Source: an uncultured delta proteobacterium
GTDB lineage: Bacteria; Desulfobacterota; Binatia; Binatales; Binataceae
DNA length: 64,000 nt
Assembly (NCBI GenBank): GCA_963711565.1
Contig: CAVQEQ010000004.1
Location: forward strand, 608,001-672,000
Direction: 5' to 3'
Shown here in pieces: positions 31,282 to 41,246 of the stretch (position 1 is the stretch's first letter; the number at the start of each line of letters is the position of its first letter). Under the pieces are notes generated by a model. The model had not been told where the DNA came from, searched no databases, and was given only the letters and a program-made list of their open reading frames with translations. Made by a program: the position numbers and the translations under genes.

Positions 31282-33219
31282 TTAGCTGCTTTCGGTCAGG
31301 TGCTTGAAGGGCTCGCTGATGCCCAGGAACACCACACTCAGCCAGAGTTCGACCGCAAGCACCATCCACAGATCGCAGACGTTGTTCATGTAAGAGGGGT
31401 CGCCGCGCGAGTACGCAGCGGCCATCGAGCGGTACCAGCCCCGAACTACTTCTCCTTCTACCCATCCGTTACTGACACAGTTGAGGCGATCGAACAGGCG
31501 CTCGCCACCATTTTCGATCAGCGCCATTGCGTGTAGTTCGGTCAGGCCGGCCTTGTCGGGCCGCATCCGCACCCGCTCCGGCAAAATCCCGCGCATCGAT
31601 CCGCGCAGCACGAACTTGGCAAAGTTTCCGCGACAAACCTGGCTGTAAGGGAGCGCGAACGCAAACTCCATCACGCGGCGGTCCAGCAGCGGATGGCGTC
31701 CCTCGAGTCGAAAACGCGATGTTCCGCGTTGATTGAGCTCGAGCACGTAAGGGAAGAATCCGGACGCGTAAACTCTGTACACGGCCTGCTGCGCGAAACT
31801 GCGGCATCGCGGCACCGGCGGTCGGGTCGCGAGCCGCTCCGATAGCTTTGTCCGAGCAGCGAATGCGCGCGACACCATCGGGTTGGGCTCCGGAGGATTC
31901 CGCCATCGTCTGATCACGGACTTGAGTCCTTCCGGCAGGAGTGGCGAGACTCCGTACCGCCGAAGAACCCTGGTGTAGCCCGGAAAGTCGGGCGCCCCGG
32001 CGGGAGGTGTTCGATTGATCCGCAACGTCCGCACCAGCGTCGTAATTTGCAGTTGCCTGATCAGGTCCGCGTATATGAGGTACGTTCCGGAAAGCCACTC
32101 GTCGCCACCGAGTCCGCTCAGCCGGACTCTAAGATCGTTACGCTCGCCAAGAATTGGCTCGTAATCGGCACACATCAAGTTAGGCTCGTCCGGCAGGTCC
32201 TGGTAGTGCGCAACTTGCCGGATAAGTTCCGTGAGTGGAGCCACCCAAGGAGATAGGTAAGTATGGCGATGAGGGTACTGATGCAGGACCTCCTCGACGT
32301 ACTCACCTTCAGCCGCCATTTCGGACGTGAAGCGAACCGAGAAGGATTCAAAACTCGGCATCTGTACTTCGCCGTGCCGGCGTAGATGTTCGGTCAGACA
32401 AACTATCGATGAGGAATCGAGCCCGCCACTCAGGTCTGAAGCAACTCCTTTGTTACTGCGAAGCCGGCATTGCAGCGCTTCCTTGAACAGCGAAAGAAAA
32501 TGCTCGGCGTATTCGTCGTCGCTCCGATAGACGATCTCTCGTGAGGGGTCCAGATCGTAATACCGGCGACATTCCACGGCGCGCGCGCTGACGCACATAT
32601 AATGAGCCGGCTCGAGGCGGAGGATACCGTCGAAGAGTGTCTCCTGCCGATCAACCGGCATCCTTACCAGAACGTCGGCTACCGCAGGCTCGTTAGGTTT
32701 TCGCGGGACCCTTCGATCCTGGAACAGTTGATGTAGCTCCGAGGCGCATAGAAAGAATCCTTGGCCCTTGAAGTAATAGAAAGGTTTTACTCCCAGAGGA
32801 TCACGAGCACAGAAGAGCGTTCGCTTCGATGGGTCCCACAGAGCGAACGCGAAATCGCCTATTAGTTTTGCCGGGGCTTCCAGACCCCAGCACTGCCACG
32901 CCCGAAGCACTATTTCGGCGTCCGTGCCCGTGCGAACAGGATAACCGCGAGAACCCAGCTCGGCACTGAGTTCAACACTGTTATCCACCCGCCCGTCCAT
33001 CGATAGAACGAGGCCGCTGCTTTCATCCACGAACGGGCTGGTTTCAGTTAGAGCTTCGGGCGTAGTAACGAGCTTCGCATGCCCAATCGCGACCGGGCCG
33101 TTGATCCATACGCCGGAGCCGTCAACTGAACGATAGGGGATGACGCCGAGCATCCGCTCGACAGTCGAGCGGTCGGCTGGAGCCCCGTCGAACTGATAGA
33201 GGACCGCGATGCCGCTCAT
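31282..33219 (-). CDS. Lasso peptide cyclase (asparagine synthetase-like)
   Basis: Starts MSGIA (no catalytic Cys2), RDPLGVKPFYY, LSGGLDSS, SGLGGDE, PLLDRR, K..LR; adjacent to RRE and B2 genes. Confidence 0.9.
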   Translation of the reverse strand: MSGIAVLYQFDGAPADRSTVERMLGVIPYRSVDGSGVWINGPVAIGHAKLVTTPEALTETSPFVDESSGLVLSMDGRVDNSVELSAELGSRGYPVRTGTDAEIVLRAWQCWGLEAPAKLIGDFAFALWDPSKRTLFCARDPLGVKPFYYFKGQGFFLCASELHQLFQDRRVPRKPNEPAVADVLVRMPVDRQETLFDGILRLEPAHYMCVSARAVECRRYYDLDPSREIVYRSDDEYAEHFLSLFKEALQCRLRSNKGVASDLSGGLDSSSIVCLTEHLRRHGEVQMPSFESFSVRFTSEMAAEGEYVEEVLHQYPHRHTYLSPWVAPLTELIRQVAHYQDLPDEPNLMCADYEPILGERNDLRVRLSGLGGDEWLSGTYLIYADLIRQLQITTLVRTLRINRTPPAGAPDFPGYTRVLRRYGVSPLLPEGLKSVIRRWRNPPEPNPMVSRAFAARTKLSERLATRPPVPRCRSFAQQAVYRVYASGFFPYVLELNQRGTSRFRLEGRHPLLDRRVMEFAFALPYSQVCRGNFAKFVLRGSMRGILPERVRMRPDKAGLTELHAMALIENGGERLFDRLNCVSNGWVEGEVVRGWYRSMAAAYSRGDPSYMNNVCDLWMVLAVELWLSVVFLGISEPFKHLTESS

Positions 33220-33265
33220 CGAGAGGAAACGCCGACGCGACGACCCGATGCCCCCGCAGAGGGGT

Positions 33266-33550
33266 TCACTTCGATTTGCCTCCAGGCTGCGCGGCGAACT
33301 GCACAAGACCCCTTTCGACCAGTCGTTTCACGAGGTCGTCGAGGTCATGCCGTAGTTCATCGGGCGCGACGTCGAACTGCTGCTTGAGCGCTTCGAAGGC
33401 TTTTTCAACGGAACCGTGTTCGACGAGCTCGCGCCATATCTGGCCGCCGGCGCCGTCGAGGCCGAAGTACACGCCGGTTTCGACGTTCAAGATGACCACA
33501 TCGCCGCCGAGCTCCCGCCACGTAACGCCATCGCTGATCTCGATGTGCAT
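33266..33550 (-). CDS. PqqD-family RiPP recognition element (lasso B1)
   Basis: VVILNVETGVYFGLDGAGGQIW..L..QFDV..L..DL..L..RGLV. Confidence 0.9.
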   Translation of the reverse strand: MHIEISDGVTWRELGGDVVILNVETGVYFGLDGAGGQIWRELVEHGSVEKAFEALKQQFDVAPDELRHDLDDLVKRLVERGLVQFAAQPGGKSK

Positions 33551-33658
33551 CAAGCTTTCCTTTGGAATGGATGTGGGCCGTTGCTTTTTCAAGGTACGCG
33601 CCGAGTGTCTCAGTATGTCAGAAGGAGCGGGGGATCGGACAGAAGGGGTTTGCAACGC

Positions 33659-34150
33659 TCAGGGATTTTCGACCGACGATGGCGCTCGCGCAATGCCATC
33701 AGCCGGATCGAGCCTGTCGCTCTTACCATAGTGCTCGCCGACCGGCATCGCAGCGTAGTTCCGATGTTCACCTTCGCCGGTGATAATTCGGTCGCCGCAT
33801 TCGAGCCATGCATGGCCGTGGAGAATATCCGGTGAATCCTTCGCGATTCCGATCCGAAGTTGGCTGATGACACCTCGACGCGCAAGCATCGCGCGCCCCG
33901 CGATCGCTTTCACCAGGCAATTTTTCCCGGTTGGCACGATACGACCGGCCGTCTCAACCGCCCAACCGACCTTTGCGGTATCGGTATCTGGAAACACCGG
34001 CTCAATCCTGGGAGCAAGCGGTCGCAGAATTTCGCGGACAGGAACGAACGTCACCGCAATCCGAGCCTTGACGATCGAGATCATCGCCGACGCCAGCAGT
34101 CGGCGATCGGCCGCCGGCAGTTTGAGAAATTTATGCAACCGCGATCGCAT
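33659..34150 (-). CDS. Lasso leader peptidase (B2, transglutaminase-like)
   Basis: NCLVKA, LRIGI and HGHAWLE catalytic motifs. Confidence 0.9.
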   Translation of the reverse strand: MRSRLHKFLKLPAADRRLLASAMISIVKARIAVTFVPVREILRPLAPRIEPVFPDTDTAKVGWAVETAGRIVPTGKNCLVKAIAGRAMLARRGVISQLRIGIAKDSPDILHGHAWLECGDRIITGEGEHRNYAAMPVGEHYGKSDRLDPADGIARAPSSVENP

Positions 34151-34263
34151 CAATGAACACTTATCAACGAGCTTAGACGTGCCGGGCGAGCGATGGCAAC
34201 AACGGGATTGCGACCGTCAAGATTGTTCCCCTCCTTGCCGGGGGCTAGCTTTCTCGGACGATC

Positions 34264-35496
34264 ATGCTGAATCCGGTCAACCGATGGTTCCCGCGAAGTG
34301 CGACGACCGATGCCCGCCTGTTGCTGGTGACGCGCGCGCTGCGCGGCTTGGCCGACGGCGCGGTAAGCGTGCTGCTGCCGGGCTATCTCACGGCGATCGG
34401 ATTCAGTCCGCTGCGGGTCGGCGCGATCGTGTTCGGCACGCTGCTCGGCTCGGCGGCGCTCACGCTGTGGGTAGGTCTGGCGACCGATCGATTGGGCCGG
34501 CGTCGAGTGCTGCTGGCGGCGTGCGCGCTGATGCTGCTGACGGGGATCGGATTCGCCACGACGGTAAGCTTCTGGCCGCTGTTCGTTGTGGCCGTCGTCG
34601 GCACGCTGAATCCTTCCGCCGGCGATGTCAGCCTGTTTCTGCCGGTCGAGCAGGCCGCGCTGGCCGAGGCGGCGGAGCCGCGCGATCTTACGGCGATGTT
34701 CGCGCTGTACAACGTCGCGGGGGCGCTGGCGGGCGCGTTTGGCGCGCTCGCCAGCGGCGTGCCCGCGATACTCGCGGCACGCCACGGATGGGCGCTCGCG
34801 CCGGCGCTGCGATCGGGTTTCGTCGCGTACTCGATCATCGCGGTGATCGCCTTCCCGGTTTATCGGCGGCTCTCGCCTGACATCGAAATCGAGCGCCAGC
34901 CGATCAAGGCCGCGCCGCTGGCGAACTCGCGCGCAATCGTCTATCGCCTTTCGGCGCTGTTTAGTATCGACTCGTTCGGCGGCGGATTTACGATTCAATC
35001 GTTGCTGGCACTGTGGCTGTTCCGCCGCTTCAACCTCTCGATCCAGGTGGCGGGTGCGTTTTTCTTTGCGGCGGGATTGCTCGGATCGCTTTCACAGTTC
35101 GTTTCGGCGGCGCTGGCGGCGCGGTTCGGCCGGATCAACACGATGGTGTTCAGCCATCTGCCGGCGAATGCGATGCTCATAGTCGCCGCGCTGATGCCGA
35201 CGCCGGCGCTGGCGATGACCTTTCTGCTGCTGCGCTCGTCGATGTCGCAGATGGACGTTCCCGCGCGCCAGTCCTACGTGATGGCGGTGGTGCCGCCCGA
35301 GGAACGCGCGGCGGCGGCGACGGTAACGAATGTGCCGCGCAGCCTGGCGTCAGCGTTGGCGCCGTTGCCGGCGGGCGCGATGCTGAATCACTCGTCGTTC
35401 GGCTGGCCGTTGATCTGCGCAGGAGCGCTGAAAACGATCTACGACATCTTACTGCTGATCCAGTTTCGCGCCGTAAAACCTTCCGACGAATCGTGA
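34264..35496 (+). CDS. MFS transporter
   Basis: About 12 TM, motif A (GLATDRLGRRR), SQMDVPARQSY. Confidence 0.9.
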   Translation: MLNPVNRWFPRSATTDARLLLVTRALRGLADGAVSVLLPGYLTAIGFSPLRVGAIVFGTLLGSAALTLWVGLATDRLGRRRVLLAACALMLLTGIGFATTVSFWPLFVVAVVGTLNPSAGDVSLFLPVEQAALAEAAEPRDLTAMFALYNVAGALAGAFGALASGVPAILAARHGWALAPALRSGFVAYSIIAVIAFPVYRRLSPDIEIERQPIKAAPLANSRAIVYRLSALFSIDSFGGGFTIQSLLALWLFRRFNLSIQVAGAFFFAAGLLGSLSQFVSAALAARFGRINTMVFSHLPANAMLIVAALMPTPALAMTFLLLRSSMSQMDVPARQSYVMAVVPPEERAAAATVTNVPRSLASALAPLPAGAMLNHSSFGWPLICAGALKTIYDILLLIQFRAVKPSDES

Positions 35497-35500
35497 TTTG

Positions 35501-35565
35501 CCGATGCGGCGCTGGCGACGAGATTTTTCTGCTGCTGCTGGGCTCGTCGATGTCGCAGATTTGAC
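35501..35565 (+). repeat. Degenerate copy of the internal MFS segment 35197-35256
   Basis: CCGA(T/C)GC..GGCGCTGGCGA..TTTCTGCTGCTG..GCTCGTCGATGTCGCAGAT is shared between the two sites. Confidence 0.75.
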
Positions 35566-35639
35566 ACGAAATCGAGACAGTGGTCACCATATAGAAAGTA
35601 TCACTCAGATCACTACCTCATCTGACAAGAGAAATTTTC

Positions 35640-36492
35640 ATGCAAACGATTCGCTACCTTTCCGCCGAGGCTAACGGCCTGAAGATTTCGTATCGCGAAG
35701 CGGGACCGACGGACGCTCCGACAGTGCTCTTGTTACACGGGTTTCCGACTGCCGGGCATATGTTCCGCGACTTGATTCCGCTTCTCGCCGACAGTTTTCA
35801 TCTCGTGGCGCCTGACCTGCCGGGCTTTGGTCAGTCGGACCTGCCCCCACGTGAAAAGTTCAAATACACGTTCGACAACCTGGCTGAGACGATCGGCCAA
35901 TTCATCGAGAATATCGGGCTCAAACGTTTCGCGATCTACATCTTTGATTATGGCGCGCCCGTCGGCTTGAGGATTGCTCTGAAGCATCCGGAACGCATAT
36001 CGGCCATCGTCTCCCAGAACGGCAACGCCTACGAGGAAGGATTGAGCGACGGCTGGAACTCGATCCGGGCATATTGGGAAGACCCATCGCAGGCGAATCG
36101 CGACGCACTTCGCGCCTTCCTCAAGCCCGAGACCACCGTCACGCAATACACGCACGGGGTCTCCGACACGACCAGGGTTTCGCCGGACGGCTACTCGCTC
36201 GATAACTTCTACCTGGCGCGGCCTGGTGCGGACGAGGCACAGCTCGACCTGTTCGGCGACTACAAGAACAACGTCGCGCTTTACCCGGCCTTCCAGAAGT
36301 ATTTCCGAGACCACAAGCCGCCATTGCTAGCCGTTTGGGGAAAGAACGACCCGTTCTTCCTGCCAGCGCGCCGAGGCTTTCAAGCGGGATATGCCGGACG
36401 CAGTTGTGCGCTTCTTCGATACCGGGCACTTCGCGCTGGAGACGCACGCCGCCGAGATCGCGGCGGCGATCCGCGATTTTCTTGGTCGCTGA
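35640..36492 (+). pseudogene. Alpha/beta hydrolase (epoxide hydrolase/dehalogenase-like), frameshifted near 36367
   Basis: LLHGFP, DLPGFG, FDYGAP, WGKNDPFF; the expected AEAFKRD..DTGHFALETH..* continues in another frame to TGA 36492. May be a sequencing error. Confidence 0.75.
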
Positions 36493-36578
36493 TTTCGCAA
36501 CTCGGGCGGCCGCACCTCGCGCGAGCTGATGTGCCGGTAGTAATTCCAAGGCCGTGAAACCAATTGGAGTGCAATCAG

Positions 36579-37274
36579 ATGGCTTCTCTTCCTCTAATTG
36601 TCTTCGACGTGAATGAGACGCTACTCGATCTCACGACCATGGAGCCGACGTTTGAGCGTATCTTCGGCGACAAAGGCGCCATGCGCTTTTGGTTCGCTAA
36701 CCTCATTATGTATTCCTCAGCTCTGACGGTCGCCGGGTGCTACGTGCCCTTCACTGATATCGGTACGGCTGTGATGAAGATGCTGGCCGACACGCGCGGG
36801 ATCAGGATTCAGGATGCGGATAGGAAGGAACTCGTCGAAAAATTCTCGACGATGCCTCCCCATCCGGAAGTACTGGCAGCGCTTAACAAGCTCCGCGAGG
36901 CCGGATTCCGGCTGTTCACGCTGACAGACAATTTGCCGGAGGTGCAGACGCGTCAACTCGAACACGGCGGGATTGCCCATTTCTTCGAGCGGCGTTTCAG
37001 CGCGGACGGCGTCAAGCATCACAAGCCCTCGCCGCAGGCCTACGCTTATGTTCAGAGGGAACTCGGAGTCGAGCCGTCTCAGCTCTGCCTTATCGCTTGC
37101 CACACATGGGACACCCTCGGCGCTGTCGCCGCGGGCTGGAAGGCGGCCTTGATCAAGCGGGTGGGGAACGACGTGCTGGGAGTGGGTCCGCAGCCGCAGA
37201 TCGTCGGTGCAAACCTGGACGACGTCGCGGATCAGTTGATCGCGCAGCGCGAGGAGAGAACGAATGTCGCGTGA
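36579..37274 (+). CDS. Haloacid dehalogenase type II-like HAD
   Basis: FDVNETLLD, HKPSP, ACHTWD..GA. Confidence 0.85.
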   Translation: MASLPLIVFDVNETLLDLTTMEPTFERIFGDKGAMRFWFANLIMYSSALTVAGCYVPFTDIGTAVMKMLADTRGIRIQDADRKELVEKFSTMPPHPEVLAALNKLREAGFRLFTLTDNLPEVQTRQLEHGGIAHFFERRFSADGVKHHKPSPQAYAYVQRELGVEPSQLCLIACHTWDTLGAVAAGWKAALIKRVGNDVLGVGPQPQIVGANLDDVADQLIAQREERTNVA

Positions 37275-37959
37275 GAATGTGACTGTTGTGCTGGTGCACG
37301 GCGCCTGGGCTGACGGATCGAGCTGGGCCAAAGTCATCGGGCCGCTGGCTGCCGAAGGAGTCGGGGTGCTCGCGGCGCCGTTGCCCCTGACTTCGTTTGC
37401 TGAGGATTGCGCGGCCGTTGAGCGCACGCTTGAGCGAGCTTCGGGGCCGGTCGTCCTCGCCGGTCACGCCTACGCCGGAGCCGTGATCGGGGCTGCACGG
37501 AATGAGAAGGTGAAGGCGCTCGTTTACGTCGCCGCGCTTGCTCCGGACGAGGGCGAGACTGTCGCCGATGTCTTCTATCGTACCAAGCCTCATCCGCTGG
37601 CTCCAAAGTTGGCGCCGGACAATCATGGACTGATCTATCTGCCGCGCGAGGCATTCGCCACGGCGTTCGCGCAGAATGCTTCCGCTGATGAATTGGCGGT
37701 GCTCTCCGCGGTTCAGCGGCCGCTTTCACCCGCATGCATCTCGGTTGCTTTGAATCGTCCGCAGTGGAAAGACCGCCCAAGCTGGTTTCTGATGGCGGAG
37801 CAGGACCGCATGATCGTCTACGAGACGCAGCGCTTCATGGCGGAGCGGATGCACGCTCGCGCGCGGTCGCATCCGGTGGACCACGCGCCGATCGTCACTG
37901 CGCCTGGCCTCGTCGTCGAAATCATACGCGAGGCCGTTGCGGACGCGATCGGCGGCTGA
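37264..37959 (+). CDS. Alpha/beta hydrolase fold protein
   Basis: LVHGAWADGSSW, GHAYAG, LVYVAA, QDRMI, DHAP. Confidence 0.85.
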   Translation: MSRENVTVVLVHGAWADGSSWAKVIGPLAAEGVGVLAAPLPLTSFAEDCAAVERTLERASGPVVLAGHAYAGAVIGAARNEKVKALVYVAALAPDEGETVADVFYRTKPHPLAPKLAPDNHGLIYLPREAFATAFAQNASADELAVLSAVQRPLSPACISVALNRPQWKDRPSWFLMAEQDRMIVYETQRFMAERMHARARSHPVDHAPIVTAPGLVVEIIREAVADAIGG

Positions 37960-37992
37960 CAAATCCATCGTCATCATTAGGGAGACGGGCCA

Positions 37993-39390
37993 ATGGCTGA
38001 CGCAGAAAAATACGAGATTCTAGTTTTGGGAAGCGGAGAAGCCGGAAAGTGGACAGCCTGGACGATGGCCGACGAGGGTCATCGCACTGCGATGGTCGAG
38101 CGGAAATGGCTCGGCGGTTCGTGCCCGAATATCGCGTGCCTGCCGAGCAAGAACGTGATCTACTCCGCGCGAGTCGCATCGCTGGCGCGGCGCGGCGCTG
38201 AATTCGGACTGGAAATGGATCAGCTCCGAATCAACATGGCCGGCGTTCAGCAGCGCAAACGCAAGATGGTCGAAGAGGAACATCAGTTCCACGCCAAACG
38301 TACCGCGGACGCCGGAATTGATTTGATCATGGGCGAAGGCCGTTTTGTCGCTCCGAGAACGATCGAGGTGAGGCTCAACGATGGCGGCGTTCGACGGATT
38401 GCCGGCGAGCGTGTGTTCCTAGACCTGGGTTCGCGCTCGACAATGCCCAATGTTCCCGGGCTTGCCGCCGCGAGTCCGATGACCCATATCGAGGCGCTCG
38501 ATCTCGATCGTCTGCCACGTCATCTCGTAGTGATTGGCGGCGGTTATATCGGCCTTGAACTCGCGCAGGCGGTAAGGCGGTTCGGATCGGAGGTGACCGT
38601 GATCGAACAAGGCGCGCAGCTCGCCGATCGGGAAGATCCCGACGTCGGCGCCGCTCTGCTTGATTTGTTTCAAGACGAAGGAATCGAGGTGTTGCTCGGC
38701 GCTCATGTAACCAAGGTTGAGGGACATTCAGGGAAAGAGGTTCGGATCTACGCAAAAGACGGTCCCGGTGAACGGATCGTCGAAGGGACCGATCTTCTCG
38801 TCTCCGTCGGGCGGACGCCGAATACGAAAGGAATAGGACTAGAGCAGGTCGGCGTCGAGCTCGACGAACGTGGCTATATCAAGGTCAACGAGCGGCTGGA
38901 GACGACCGCATCCAATGTGTGGGCGATGGGCGATTGCGCGGGCAGTCCGCAATTCACACACGTCGCGTACCACGACTTCCGTGTCGTGCGTGACAACTTG
39001 AAGGGCGGCAACCGATCCACGAAGGATCGCATCGTGCCGTTTTGCATGTTCACCGATCCGGAACTGGCACGCGTCGGCCGCAACGAGACCGAGGCGAAGC
39101 GCGACAAGATCGAATATCGCGTCGCGAAACTGCCGATGGTGAACGTGCTCCGCACCCATACGATTGCCGAACCGCGCGGTTTCATGAAGATGCTGCTCGG
39201 CAAAGAGAGCGACGAAATCCTCGGGTTCACCGCGTTTGGTATCGAAGCAAGCGAGCTGATGGCGGCAGTTCAGACCGCGATGGTTGGGCGATTGCCCTAC
39301 ACCGTGTTGCGCGACGCGATCTTCGCTCACCCGACAATGTCCGAGGGCCTGGTATATCTGCTAGGACAAGTCGAAAGCGCCAAGGGTTAG
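37993..39390 (+). CDS. Pyridine nucleotide-disulfide oxidoreductase (RclA/MerA/Lpd-like)
   Basis: GGSCPNIACLPSK, GGGYIGLE, WAMGD, FTDPE, HPTMSE; no C-terminal CC pair. Confidence 0.88.
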   Translation: MADAEKYEILVLGSGEAGKWTAWTMADEGHRTAMVERKWLGGSCPNIACLPSKNVIYSARVASLARRGAEFGLEMDQLRINMAGVQQRKRKMVEEEHQFHAKRTADAGIDLIMGEGRFVAPRTIEVRLNDGGVRRIAGERVFLDLGSRSTMPNVPGLAAASPMTHIEALDLDRLPRHLVVIGGGYIGLELAQAVRRFGSEVTVIEQGAQLADREDPDVGAALLDLFQDEGIEVLLGAHVTKVEGHSGKEVRIYAKDGPGERIVEGTDLLVSVGRTPNTKGIGLEQVGVELDERGYIKVNERLETTASNVWAMGDCAGSPQFTHVAYHDFRVVRDNLKGGNRSTKDRIVPFCMFTDPELARVGRNETEAKRDKIEYRVAKLPMVNVLRTHTIAEPRGFMKMLLGKESDEILGFTAFGIEASELMAAVQTAMVGRLPYTVLRDAIFAHPTMSEGLVYLLGQVESAKG

Positions 39391-39439
39391 TGGGAGGGAG
39401 ATGGCCATCGTCTTGTGTGCGCCAGGAAGCAGCACAATG

Positions 39440-40306
39440 CTATGCGCGCAGCGTAACCATACCGTCGCGAATTGCCAAGCGGCCTTCGCCGCTTAAGACC
39501 TCGAAGAAGACGGCGGCGCCGGCGCGCGCCTGTACGCGCACGGTCAGCGTCGAGGGCATCGTCACCATCGCAGCGAAACGCGCCGCGACTCTTTCTACTC
39601 GAGCAGGGTCCTTGCCTGCGACGCTCTCGACTATTCGCGATACCGCCAGCGCGAGCGTTGCCGTCCCGTGCAGAATGATCTCGGGCAGGCCGGCCGCGCG
39701 CGCAACCGACGCGTCGGTGTGTATCGGATTAAAGATTCGCGCGCACTCCGTGTAGATGTGCGCCATGCCGGCTGGCACGTCAACCTGGCATTCGGAAAGG
39801 GGCTCGCCTTCCTCGACGATCGGCTCGGTCGGCGCGGGCGGAAACTTCGGCGGCAGGTCAGGGCCAACGACTTCGACTCCCCGATAGAGCGCGCCATACC
39901 AGGTCGTGCAAACCGGCTTGCCTGTCTCGTCGATCGTGTCGAGCCGCGTCACCACGTAGGCGCCGGGTTTGCGCCGCTCGACGCCCGCGACCGTGAGCCG
40001 CGTCGTCAGCCGCTCGGGCGGCTTAATCGAGCGATACAGCACAGTGTCATGCGTCGCGTGCACGGCGCGCATCGCCTCGTCGCGCGTGAGCGAGGTGGAT
40101 TTCTCGAACTGCGCGCGCATCGCGACCTGCGCCGGCCATTCGAAGCAGACTGGGAACATCGGATGCGGAATGACGCCACGATTGGTGTCCATGTAACAGG
40201 GCATCGCGTCGCCGAGTGCGGCGGCATAGGCCATCGTCCAGCGCGAATCGATCTCGCTGACCATTGGCGCGCCCGCGATTCCGACGATCGACGACTCAAG
40301 CGGCAT
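39440..40306 (-). CDS. Double hot-dog MaoC-family dehydratase
   Basis: YAAALGD, VHATH, FNPIHTD..A..AGL..ILHG. Confidence 0.85.
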   Translation of the reverse strand: MPLESSIVGIAGAPMVSEIDSRWTMAYAAALGDAMPCYMDTNRGVIPHPMFPVCFEWPAQVAMRAQFEKSTSLTRDEAMRAVHATHDTVLYRSIKPPERLTTRLTVAGVERRKPGAYVVTRLDTIDETGKPVCTTWYGALYRGVEVVGPDLPPKFPPAPTEPIVEEGEPLSECQVDVPAGMAHIYTECARIFNPIHTDASVARAAGLPEIILHGTATLALAVSRIVESVAGKDPARVERVAARFAAMVTMPSTLTVRVQARAGAAVFFEVLSGEGRLAIRDGMVTLRA

Positions 40307-40392
40307 AACAGCTACATCTAGCCGCGGCTCGCCGCCGCGTCCACCGTTTTCACCAATAGCGGAGTCAGTTCTGCGGTTGTAACCTGTCAGCT

Positions 40393-41211
40393 ATGACGAT
40401 CGACGATCGGGATCCCAACGCCTACTACCAGAGCAAGCTGGGTGTCGAATTCTACGACTTCTTCACCGGCGACGCGCATAACAATGGACCCGTAAAAGGC
40501 AACGTCGCCTTTTACATCGAGTGCGCGCGCGAGTTCGGCGCCCCAGTGCTGGAGCTGGCGACGGGAACCGGACGGGTGCTGTGGCAGATAGCGGCAGCAG
40601 GATTCGAGATTGTCGGCATCGACATTTCAGACGAGATGCTCGCATTGGCGCGAGCGAAGGCTTCCAGGGAATCTGCCGATACCCGCAGCAGGGTGCGTCT
40701 CCATCGGATGGACATGACTTCATTTCACCTGGACCAATCGTTCAGGCTGGCAATCATCCCTTTTCGAGCGTTTCAGCATCTGACGCTGCCTGAGCAGCAA
40801 CGCCAGGCTTTGCGATGTGTGCATCGGAGCCTTATCCCGGGCGGCCACTTCGTGATCGACGTGTTCGATCCTCGGCTGGAGCACTGCGTGCCTGGCGCCG
40901 CGTCGCTCAACCCGGAACGCCGGCTGAAGGACCCGAAGACGGGGCATACCGTGGTGCGACGAGTCCTCGAGCGCATCAACGATCCCGTTCGTCAGCTCGT
41001 AACCGAGACATTCCGAATCGAGGAATCGGATGAGGGCGGAGTAACGCTCTCCTCGGAGGAGAGCTCGTGGACGCTTAGATGGTCAACACGGCAAGAGATG
41101 AAGTACCTGTTCGAGTTGACGGGATTCGAAGTGATAGCCGAGTACTCGGACTTCTTCCGCGCGCCTCCAGCCTACGGCAAAGAGCAGTTGTGGATTCTAC
41201 GCAAGGTCTGA
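40393..41211 (+). CDS. Class I SAM-dependent methyltransferase
   Basis: VLELATGTGR, GIDIS..ML, LIPGG. Confidence 0.88.
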   Translation: MTIDDRDPNAYYQSKLGVEFYDFFTGDAHNNGPVKGNVAFYIECAREFGAPVLELATGTGRVLWQIAAAGFEIVGIDISDEMLALARAKASRESADTRSRVRLHRMDMTSFHLDQSFRLAIIPFRAFQHLTLPEQQRQALRCVHRSLIPGGHFVIDVFDPRLEHCVPGAASLNPERRLKDPKTGHTVVRRVLERINDPVRQLVTETFRIEESDEGGVTLSSEESSWTLRWSTRQEMKYLFELTGFEVIAEYSDFFRAPPAYGKEQLWILRKV

Positions 41212-41246
41212 GCAGGGACCAAGGTAAGCGGGAATTTCCGCGGAAT

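Noticed and set aside
31282-33306. Housekeeping asparagine synthetase AsnB
   Set aside because: Lacks the N-terminal catalytic Cys in the MCGI position and is flanked by RRE, B2 and precursor genes.
34264-35496. MFS as the lasso exporter
   Set aside because: Divergent orientation and core-like composition; adjacency alone is not enough, though it is not excluded.
37993-39390. Mercuric reductase MerA
   Set aside because: No C-terminal vicinal Cys pair, no NmerA domain and no mer genes nearby.
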